Assembly (NCBI GenBank): GCA_040225955.1
Contig: JBECUL010000016.1
Span: 1 to 32,000, forward strand
Length of the DNA: 32,000 nt
Direction: 5' to 3'
Origin: Candidatus Asgardarchaeum abyssi
GTDB taxonomy: Archaea > Asgardarchaeota > Asgardarchaeia > Asgardarchaeales > Asgardarchaeaceae
The position numbers and the translations under genes were made by a program. Position 1 is the first letter of the stretch. Each line of letters begins with the position of its first letter. Positions 24,525 through 32,000 of the stretch are shown piece by piece. The notes beneath the pieces are model-generated. The model was given only the letters and a program-made list of their open reading frames with translations. It made no database searches and was not told the DNA's origin.

Positions 24525-26327
24525 ATGATAATGACTCAAAAATCAGCTAATAAAGATGCATACAAAAGATCCCCAATTGTAACAGTACTTGGGCATATTG
24601 ATGTAGGAAAAACAAGCTTACTTGATAAGATTAGAGGTACAGCAGTTCAGAAAAAAGAAGCTGGAGGTATTACGCAGCATATAGGTGCAAGTTTTTTCCC
24701 TATAGATACGATAAAATCTATTTGTGGCGACCTACTTAATCTTCTGAAAGTTGAATTAACATTACCAGGTCTACTAATAATAGATACCCCTGGCCATGAA
24801 GTCTTTGTAAATCTTAGAAAACGAGGAGGAAGCGTTAGCGATATTGCTATTCTCGTTGTCGACATAACAAAAGGATTCCAAGCCCAAACTTATGAAGTTA
24901 TAAATATTCTTAAATCAAGAAAAATTCCTTTCATTGTTGCTGCAAATAAATTAGATAGAATACCTGGTTGGCAAAAGAATCCCGATAAACCTTTTATATT
25001 TTCGTTAAAAGAGCAACCAGCCGATGTTAAAAAGTTACTTGATAACTATTTATATAATCTGATTGGTGAGTTCTCTCAAGAGGGATTCAGAGCCGACAGG
25101 TATGATAAAATAAGAGATTTTACGAGAACCGTTGCAATAATACCAACAAGTGCTGTTACAGGAGAGGGCATACCTGATTTACTAATGGTGTTAGTTGGAC
25201 TTACTCAGCAATATATGGCCAAAAGGTTACTCACGAAGAAAGGACCAGGTGCAGGAGTAGTATTAGAAGTTAAGGATGAAATAGGGTTGGGACGAACAAT
25301 AGATGTTATACTTTATGATGGTGTTCTAAGAAAGAATGATATAATAGTCGTTGGTGGCTTAGAAAGGCCCATTGTAACAAAAATACGTTCTCTACTAGTC
25401 CCTAAGCCCTTAGATGAGATTAGAGCTCCACGTGATAAGTTTACTGCGATTAACGAAATACATGCTGCCGCAGGTGTTAAAATAGCGGCTCCTAATCTTG
25501 ATGGGGCCATTGCTGGTGCACCGATAAAGGCTGTTTGGGATAAATCAAATCTTGATAATGTTCTTGATGAGATAATTCAAGAAGTCCAAAAAATTAGAAT
25601 ACATACTGATAAGGAAGGGGTTATCGTAAAAGCTGATACCCTTGGCACACTAGAAGCCATAATTGAATATCTTAGGAGATTTAAAGTGCCGATTCGAGTA
25701 GCTGACGTTGGTGATGTTTCCAAAAGGGACATTATTGAGGCCTATGCAGTAAAGGAGAAGAATCCATATTATGGGGTAGTTTTGGCATTTAATGTAAAAA
25801 CTCTTCCAGATGCTGAAGAAAAAGCAAAAGAGTTAAATGTAAAAATCTTCTGGAGTGATATTATTTATAAGTTATTTGAGGATTATGATAGGTGGGTTAA
25901 AGAGCAAAAGGAAATGGAAATTAAAAGAAAATTAGGTGCTGTCATAAGGCCTGGCAAAATAAAAATTTTACCTGGATATGTTTTTCGAAGTAGCAAACCC
26001 GCAATTGTTGGTGTTGAAGTTCTAGGCGGAATTATCAAGCCAAAATGTACTTTAATTGATAAAAACGGAGAGACCATCGGGATGATCCTGCAAATTCAAG
26101 ATAAAGGTAAAAATATAAGCGAAGCGAGAAAAGGTCAAGCTGTTGCGATTTCGATAAAGGGTGCAGTAGTAGGGAGAGATTTTGACGAAGGTGACGAATT
26201 ATATATTATGGTTCCAAGGGGGCATGTTGCGATTCTTAAAAGAGACTTAAAGGAAGAAATAAGTCCAGATGAGCATGAAGTTTTAAATGAACTCATTGAA
26301 ATATATAAAAAGAAACGAGCTGTATAA
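24525..26327 (+). CDS. infB: Translation initiation factor aIF5B (IF-2 homologue)
   Basis: GTPase motifs GHIDVGKTS (Val where most homologues have His), DTPGHE and NKLD. Four-domain length of 600 aa, no intein-sized insertion. Confidence 0.93.
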   Translation: MIMTQKSANKDAYKRSPIVTVLGHIDVGKTSLLDKIRGTAVQKKEAGGITQHIGASFFPIDTIKSICGDLLNLLKVELTLPGLLIIDTPGHEVFVNLRKRGGSVSDIAILVVDITKGFQAQTYEVINILKSRKIPFIVAANKLDRIPGWQKNPDKPFIFSLKEQPADVKKLLDNYLYNLIGEFSQEGFRADRYDKIRDFTRTVAIIPTSAVTGEGIPDLLMVLVGLTQQYMAKRLLTKKGPGAGVVLEVKDEIGLGRTIDVILYDGVLRKNDIIVVGGLERPIVTKIRSLLVPKPLDEIRAPRDKFTAINEIHAAAGVKIAAPNLDGAIAGAPIKAVWDKSNLDNVLDEIIQEVQKIRIHTDKEGVIVKADTLGTLEAIIEYLRRFKVPIRVADVGDVSKRDIIEAYAVKEKNPYYGVVLAFNVKTLPDAEEKAKELNVKIFWSDIIYKLFEDYDRWVKEQKEMEIKRKLGAVIRPGKIKILPGYVFRSSKPAIVGVEVLGGIIKPKCTLIDKNGETIGMILQIQDKGKNISEARKGQAVAISIKGAVVGRDFDEGDELYIMVPRGHVAILKRDLKEEISPDEHEVLNELIEIYKKKRAV

Positions 26328-26406
26328 TTTAATTTTTAATAATTGAAACAAAAAGTTTTTGAATATTGAAATAAAAATCCACAGAGAATTAAAAGAGGTG
26401 CATAGA

Positions 26407-26859
26407 ATGCCTGAATTTAAAGTGGTTATATCTGATCCAAAAACTGGTAAAAGCAGGCAGATAGAGGTTAAAGATGAAAAAGCTAGGGCATTAATCGATA
26501 AAAAAATAGGTGACATAATAGACGGTGAGCTCATTGGTGTGAGTGGAGTAAAACTTCAAATAACTGGTGGTAGTGATATTGCGGGTTTTCCAATGAGAGC
26601 CGATATTGAGGGGCCTATTAAAAAATATATTTTGCTAAGCGGTGGTGTAGGCTTTCGACCACGAAGGAAAGGCGAACGTAGAAGGAAATTAGTTCGTGGG
26701 AATACTATTAGCGAGGATATAGTTCAAATTAATATGAAGATAATATATCCTGAAAAGCCAAAGCGTGTTAAAAAGAAGAAGGTAGAGGAAGAAAAAGAAA
26801 AGACTGAGATTGTTGAGAAAGAACAATCTGTAAAGGAAGCAACTACACCTGAACAATAA
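26407..26859 (+). CDS. rps6e: 30S ribosomal protein eS6 with a K/E-rich C-terminal tail
   Basis: MPEFKVVISDPKTGKSRQIEV...GGSDIAGFPMR...RRRKLVRGN. ATG 26407 follows GAGGTG. Confidence 0.92.
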   Translation: MPEFKVVISDPKTGKSRQIEVKDEKARALIDKKIGDIIDGELIGVSGVKLQITGGSDIAGFPMRADIEGPIKKYILLSGGVGFRPRRKGERRRKLVRGNTISEDIVQINMKIIYPEKPKRVKKKKVEEEKEKTEIVEKEQSVKEATTPEQ

Positions 26860-26867
26860 ATTAAGTT

Positions 26868-26887
26868 ATTGTTAAGAATTGTTAAGA
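26868..26887. repeat. Tandem duplication ATTGTTAAGA x2
   Basis: Read directly from the sequence. It is part of a set of TTAAG motifs with roughly 10-bp phasing. Confidence 0.6.
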
Positions 26888-27002
26888 GAAAATAATAAAT
26901 TAATTATTTTAGGAAATTATTGAGCATAATATTAAGAATAATAAGATAATTAAGTCACATAATATTTTATTATTATCCTAGTAATTTCGGATGTGATATT
27001 AA

Positions 27003-28307
27003 ATGTCAAAAAAAAGAAAGAGCAGAGCAGTTAAAAAAAATAAATCTCTAGGGGAAGAAGAGGAAAAGATACCCCGCCAAGCACAAATAAACATTGGAAC
27101 TATTGGGCATGTAGACCACGGTAAAACAACACTAGTTCAAGCAATAAGTGGTGTCTGGACAGATCGTCATTCTGAAGAAATAAAGAGAGGTATCAGTATA
27201 AAATTGGGCTATGCTGATGCGATTTTAAGAAAATGTCCTACTTGCCCAGAACCACAATGTTACACGACTGAAACAGTATGCCCCCACTGTGGTTCTAAAA
27301 CTGAGTTTATTCGTAGGATATCATTCGTTGATTCACCAGGTCATGAAGCTCTGTTAGCTACTATGCTTTCTGGATCAGCTTTAATGGATGCAGCAATATT
27401 GGTAGTTGCTGCTAATGAGCCATGCCCTCAACCACAAACTAGAGAGCATTTTGAAGCTTTAATGATTTCTGGAGTTAAAAATCTAATTGTTGCTCAGAAT
27501 AAGATAGAGCTCGTCTCCGAAGAAGAAGCTATTGAAAATTATAATCAGATTAAAAATTTACTTAAGGGGACTCCTGCTGAAAATGCTCCCATAATTCCAA
27601 TATCTGCTATTTTTAAGATAAATGTCGATGTAATAATAGAGGCCATATACAAACATTTTCCACTGCCGAAACGAGATTTGAGCAAACCTCCAAGGATGTA
27701 TATTGCACGATCTTTTGATGTAAATAAACCTGGAACGCCTCCAGAAAATCTAGTAGGTGGTGTAGTAGGTGGGTCACTAATTCAAGGATTGCTGAGAGTT
27801 GGGGATGAAATAGAAATAGCCCCTGGGATAAAACGCACTCATATGGGGAAAATAATATATGAACCCTTATATACTGAGGTCGTTTCATTAAGGACAAGTT
27901 TAGGAGATGATCTAATGGAGGCTAAACCAGGTGGCTTAATTGGAGTTGGGACGTTATTAGACCCGTCTTTAACCAAAGCTGATGCCTTAGTTGGGAATGT
28001 ATTAGGAAAGCCTGGAACACTTCCACCAGTTAGGTATTCATTAAACATAGAGTTGCACTTCATTGAACGACATTTAGCAAGTATGACTTCACGTATTGAA
28101 ACTATTAAAAGGATAACAAAAAATGAAATATTACTAATAAATGCTGGAACAGCTGCGACTTTGGGCGTAATTACTGATATTAAAGGAGAAGAAATATCAA
28201 TAAGCCTAAGGAAGCCTATATGTATCGAGGAGGACAGTAGAATCGCGATAAGTAAGAAAATCAGTGGTCGGTGGCGTTTAGTTGGATATGGTATTATCAA
28301 GGGATAA
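27003..28307 (+). CDS. eif2g: Translation initiation factor aIF2 gamma subunit, with a basic N-terminal extension
   Basis: NIGTIGHVDHGKTTL, DSPGHE, QNKIE, and the Zn knuckle CPTCPEPQCYTTETVCPHCG. Confidence 0.95.
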   Translation: MSKKRKSRAVKKNKSLGEEEEKIPRQAQINIGTIGHVDHGKTTLVQAISGVWTDRHSEEIKRGISIKLGYADAILRKCPTCPEPQCYTTETVCPHCGSKTEFIRRISFVDSPGHEALLATMLSGSALMDAAILVVAANEPCPQPQTREHFEALMISGVKNLIVAQNKIELVSEEEAIENYNQIKNLLKGTPAENAPIIPISAIFKINVDVIIEAIYKHFPLPKRDLSKPPRMYIARSFDVNKPGTPPENLVGGVVGGSLIQGLLRVGDEIEIAPGIKRTHMGKIIYEPLYTEVVSLRTSLGDDLMEAKPGGLIGVGTLLDPSLTKADALVGNVLGKPGTLPPVRYSLNIELHFIERHLASMTSRIETIKRITKNEILLINAGTAATLGVITDIKGEEISISLRKPICIEEDSRIAISKKISGRWRLVGYGIIKG

Positions 28308-28716
28308 AAACAAACGCAATCTTTGTATAATTTTAGATACAAATTTTCTTTTTGTGCCATATTTATTTAAGATTGATATCTTGGATGAGTTTTATAATAT
28401 AATTAATACCTCTTTTGAAATTTTGATACTTAAAGATAGTATAGAAGAGCTGAAGCGGAAGCTGATGAATATTAAAAGTGAAAAACAGAGAAAAGAGATA
28501 GAGATGGCTCTTGAATATGCAAAAAATTTTAAAGTAATAGATGTTGATTTTAACAAAAGTCTTTCTGTGGACGATAAAATTGTAGAATTTGCCCTATTAA
28601 ATAACTGTATTGTTGCTACTAATGATAAAGAACTAAGAAAAAAACTAAAAAGGTTGGGCATCCCAATAATTTGTGTTCGTGGAAAAAAGTACTTGACAAT
28701 TTATGGATATTATTAA
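28282..28716 (+). CDS. PIN-domain protein (Fcf1/Utp24-like endoribonuclease family)
   Basis: ILDTNFLFVP...IVATNDKELRKKLKRLGIPII, and the conserved position between aIF2-gamma and rpo7. It overlaps the aIF2-gamma 3' end by 26 nt if ATG 28282 is used. Confidence 0.8.
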   Translation: MDMVLSRDKNKRNLCIILDTNFLFVPYLFKIDILDEFYNIINTSFEILILKDSIEELKRKLMNIKSEKQRKEIEMALEYAKNFKVIDVDFNKSLSVDDKIVEFALLNNCIVATNDKELRKKLKRLGIPIICVRGKKYLTIYGYY

Positions 28717-28745
28717 AATACTTATGTTTAAGAGGGTGTTGTGAA

Positions 28746-29342
28746 ATGTTCGAGCTTGTAACAATAGAAGATATAATCCGTATACCTCCTTCCCTTTTTG
28801 ACCGTGATTTGGAAGAAGCTGCTTTAGAAGTTTTAAGAAACGAGTATGAGGGGATCACAGATCCTGATTTAGGGAAAGTAATATCTGTAGTGGATATACT
28901 TGACGTGGGCATAGGAAAGTTAATACCAGGTGATGGAGCATCTTACCATTCTGTTAAGTTTACTGTTGTTGCTTTTAAACCAAAGGTTAATGAGATTGTT
29001 GAAGGTATCGTAGTAGAGGTTGTTGATTTTGGGATTTTTGTAAGAGTTGGACCTATTGATGGATTATGCCATATTAGCCAAGTTGCTGACGATTTTTTCT
29101 CTTACGATTCGAAAAATGCTGTATTAATTGGTAAAACAAAGGGCTATAAAATTCAAGTGGATGACGTTGTAAGGGCGAGAATAGTGGCTGTATCAATGAG
29201 TGGACCTGATAAAACGGGAAAGTTTGCTCTTTCAATGCGACATCCATATCTGGGAAAGTTAGAATGGATTCAAGCTCAAATACAGCAAGAACTTCAAAGC
29301 GAGGAATCTAAGAAAAAAGCTACCAAAAAAGAAGGTGAGTGA
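28746..29342 (+). CDS. rpoE: RNA polymerase subunit Rpo7 (RpoE', S1 domain)
   Basis: MFELVTIEDIIRIPPSLF...EGIVVEVVDFGIFVRVGPIDGLCHISQV. The track ORF is extended upstream to 28671. Confidence 0.92.
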   Translation: MFELVTIEDIIRIPPSLFDRDLEEAALEVLRNEYEGITDPDLGKVISVVDILDVGIGKLIPGDGASYHSVKFTVVAFKPKVNEIVEGIVVEVVDFGIFVRVGPIDGLCHISQVADDFFSYDSKNAVLIGKTKGYKIQVDDVVRARIVAVSMSGPDKTGKFALSMRHPYLGKLEWIQAQIQQELQSEESKKKATKKEGE

Positions 29343-29343
29343 C

Positions 29344-29529
29344 ATGCCATTACGTGCATGTAGAAGATGTCATGCATTGACGACTGGAAGTAGGTGCCCC
29401 ATTTGTAAATCGACGGACTTAACAACTGATTTTTCGGGGATTGTAATAATTAATAATCCAGAGAACTCTATTATTGCCAAAAAATTGAATATCAAACAAC
29501 CTGGAATGTATGCTCTTAAGGTGCGATGA
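29344..29529 (+). CDS. spt4: Transcription elongation factor Spt4 (RpoE'')
   Basis: LRACRRCHALTTGSRCPICKSTDLTTDFSGIVIINNPENSIIAKKL. ATG 29344 follows AAGGTGA. Confidence 0.9.
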   Translation: MPLRACRRCHALTTGSRCPICKSTDLTTDFSGIVIINNPENSIIAKKLNIKQPGMYALKVR

Positions 29530-29533
29530 CTAA

Positions 29534-30091
29534 ATGAGAGTTTGGAAATTACCAAGTAATCTAATTGAACAATTAAGAAAACCCTTAGGAACATTATTTA
29601 AGGGCAATCCAGAGAAAGTATGGTCTCAAATAATCGATAAATATGACATAAAGAAGGTACCCAAGATTACTACGGTTGGTGATGTGGTATCTTATAATTT
29701 TTCTAGGTTTGTTAAAAGAATTCCCGATTTGATGATAATTGATAAAAAATCAATTAGACGTGAAATAAAGAATCCTCATTATCATAAATTTTTAACTTCG
29801 ATACAATCAAACTTCAATCTCATACTTCACGCATATAATCCTAGAAGCACTTTAACTGAAAGCACTTTGGACTCTATAAAGCTTGCTTATTCGAATGGGA
29901 AAACAATTTTATTTATCAATGGAGAGGAAGATTTATGTACTATACCTTCAGTATTATTTTCGCCAATTGGTAGTCTTGTATTCTATGGTCAACCGCGCCA
30001 AGGCGTTGTAGCCATTTTAGTTGATGAAAAGAAGAAAGAAGAGTTTAAGAAAATATTCAATGCTATGGAGGAGGTTACGCATGGAGCTTGA
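29534..30091 (+). CDS. DUF359 protein (GTP-dependent dephospho-CoA kinase family)
   Basis: TTVGDVVSYNF...GEEDL motifs, and the conserved position between spt4 and eS24. Confidence 0.75.
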   Translation: MRVWKLPSNLIEQLRKPLGTLFKGNPEKVWSQIIDKYDIKKVPKITTVGDVVSYNFSRFVKRIPDLMIIDKKSIRREIKNPHYHKFLTSIQSNFNLILHAYNPRSTLTESTLDSIKLAYSNGKTILFINGEEDLCTIPSVLFSPIGSLVFYGQPRQGVVAILVDEKKKEEFKKIFNAMEEVTHGA

Positions 30092-30389
30092 AGTTCTCGA
30101 AAAGAAAGAAAATAAGTTGCTTGATAGGTATGAAGTATACTTCATAGTAAGATATCCTGCTGCACCTACACCATCAAGGATCGATGTTAAGAAAAAACTT
30201 GCTGCCTTGTTGGACTCCAGCGAAGATTTAATAGTAATACATTATCTCAAACCAAGAGCTGGTAAGCATGAATGCACTGGTCGCGCTCACATATATGCCG
30301 ACCGAAAAAGATTGGAGGAGATAGAACCCAAATATTTAATTGAGAGAGATCTCAGAAAAGTAAAAGCGGAGAAGGAGGTAGCTAAGTAG
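30081..30389 (+). CDS. rps24e: 30S ribosomal protein eS24
   Basis: MELEVLEKKENKLLDRYEVYFIVRYPAAPTPSRIDVKKKLA...RAHIYADRK. It overlaps the DUF359 gene by 11 nt. The track ORF is extended upstream to 30021. Confidence 0.92.
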   Translation: MELEVLEKKENKLLDRYEVYFIVRYPAAPTPSRIDVKKKLAALLDSSEDLIVIHYLKPRAGKHECTGRAHIYADRKRLEEIEPKYLIERDLRKVKAEKEVAK

Positions 30390-30538
30390 TGTCGGTGCAC
30401 AAATATTATAAAATAGAGGATGGTAAACTTATCCGACTAAAGAAAAAGTGCCCAAGATGCGGGTCATTTATGGCTGATCATAGTAACAGATGGGCATGTG
30501 GTAAATGTGGCTATACAATATTTAAGAAAAGTGAATAA
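30389..30538 (+). CDS. rps27ae: 30S ribosomal protein eS31 (S27ae, Zn ribbon, 49 aa)
   Basis: Below the ORF-track cutoff. Hand translation from GTG 30389 (TAGTG overlap with the eS24 stop): MSVHKYYKIEDGKLIRLKKKCPRCGSFMADHSNRWACGKCGYTIFKKSE. Confidence 0.88.
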   Translation: MSVHKYYKIEDGKLIRLKKKCPRCGSFMADHSNRWACGKCGYTIFKKSE

Positions 30539-30549
30539 CTATTCCTCCT

Positions 30550-30567
30550 GTTTTCTCCTATCTTTAA
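30550..30567 (+). terminator. Pyrimidine/T-rich tract after eS31
   Basis: TGTTTTCTCCTATCTTT lies at the end of the long co-directional gene run. Confidence 0.3.
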
Positions 30568-30683
30568 CTTTAATAAAATACATATAGAGTTCCAAATATT
30601 ATTATTTATAGCATAATCTATTTTTCTATAATTTTGTTTTACAGTTTTATATTCAAAAATCAATAATTTTTTTGATAATACTA

Positions 30684-30699
30684 ACTTATATAAAAAAAG
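30684..30699 (+). promoter_or_regulatory. TATA-like box AACTTATATAAAAAAA upstream of the ferredoxin gene
   Basis: Lies in the 227-nt spacer. A second candidate is at 30709-30727. SD AAGGTGAT at 30753-30760. Confidence 0.3.
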
Positions 30700-30765
30700 T
30701 CATCACAACCTTTATGTAGATATTTTTAGTTTTCTATGAACAGCACTACTCTAAGGTGATTATAG

Positions 30766-30987
30766 ATGAAGGTTAGAGTCGATAAAGAATCATGCATTGG
30801 ATGTGGAGTCTGCGTTTCTGTATGCGATGCAGTGTTTGAACTTGGTGATGACGGTAAGAGTAAAATAGTAGCAGAGTATGTTGAAAAAGACGATGACACA
30901 GAGAGCGTTGGAACAGTTCCTGATGATATAGAGTGCGTTAAAGATGCTGTAGAACAGTGTCCTACCGGATCAATATCAACTGAGTAA
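30766..30987 (+). CDS. Small single-cluster 4Fe-4S ferredoxin
   Basis: CIGCGVCVSVC...CPTGSI has a CxxCxxC...CP ligand pattern plus two extra Cys. The protein is acidic and 73 aa long. Confidence 0.85.
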   Translation: MKVRVDKESCIGCGVCVSVCDAVFELGDDGKSKIVAEYVEKDDDTESVGTVPDDIECVKDAVEQCPTGSISTE

Positions 30988-31038
30988 AGATGCGTGAACT
31001 CAAAAAACTTTAATTCTCTTAAATATTCGCTTCTTCCC

Positions 31039-31057
31039 TTTTATTTTCTAATTTTTT
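31039..31057 (+). terminator. T-runs after the ferredoxin gene
   Basis: TTTTATTTTCTAATTTTTT. Confidence 0.35.
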
Positions 31058-31063
31058 AGCCAA

Positions 31064-31079
31064 CCTATATTTTTAAAAG
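31064..31079 (+). promoter_or_regulatory. TATA-like box CCTATATTTTTAAAAG upstream of kae1
   Basis: About 40 nt before ATG 31115. Confidence 0.35.
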
Positions 31080-31102
31080 AGCATTTTTAGATATTTTCTT
31101 GA

Positions 31103-32000
<898 letters not shown>

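Noticed and set aside
24525-26327. Checked aIF5B for an intein or other large insertion.
   Set aside because: The 600-aa length is normal and the GTPase motifs are contiguous. Only a His-to-Val substitution occurs in the P-loop (GHIDVGKT), which still fits GxxxxGK[ST].
26868-26887. Considered whether tandem or direct repeats here, at 19518-19551 and at 1737-1753 could be a CRISPR array or minisatellite.
   Set aside because: There are only two copies of 7-12 nt each and no repeat-spacer architecture. No CRISPR array is present in the window.

Overview
This AT-rich archaeal window is almost entirely the conserved information-processing gene neighbourhood, nearly all on the + strand. Gene order:
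- uS19 to uL15 (S10/spc-type r-protein cluster, including RNase P Rpp29)
- secY, a DUF106/EMC3/YidC-like insertase, eL34-cmk-eL14-cbf5, tRNA-Ser(GGA)
- uS13-uS4-uS11-rpoD-eL18-uL13-uS9-rpoN-uS2
- the isoprenoid trio MVK-IPK-IDI2
- L7Ae-eS28-eL24, an inverted ndk, aIF5B, eS6, aIF2-gamma
- PIN (Fcf1-like), rpo7, spt4, DUF359 dephospho-CoA kinase, eS24, eS31
- a small ferredoxin and the 5' part of kae1

Four genes absent from the ORF track were found by hand. Two are short Zn-ribbon r-proteins: uS14 (5932-6090) and eS31/S27ae (30389-30538). Two are open at the window edges: a Zn-ribbon/HTH gene (1-386, minus) and kae1 (31115-32000).

Lineage: eL34, eL14 and Rpp29, GGTGAT/GGAGG Shine-Dalgarno sites and very GC-rich tRNA stems in an AT-rich genome suggest a thermophilic TACK/Thermoprotei-like archaeon. 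This cannot be fixed without a database search.

I see no defence island, CRISPR array or clearly novel multi-gene system, and this is essentially a core region. The only accessory-looking part is the first ~1.3 kb. There an IS-like Zn-ribbon/HTH gene, an intron-containing tRNA-Arg and an orphan membrane protein replace the expected L3-L4-L23-L2 genes upstream of uS19.

Other points worth a second look:
- a 13-bp perfect inverted repeat around the start of the IS-like gene
- a kink-turn-like element in the L7Ae leader
- an inverted ndk with an ~85-aa C-terminal extension
- a promoter-like 17-mer shared by two internal operon spacers
- small leader structures at secY and eL14
- phased TTAAG repeats upstream of aIF2-gamma
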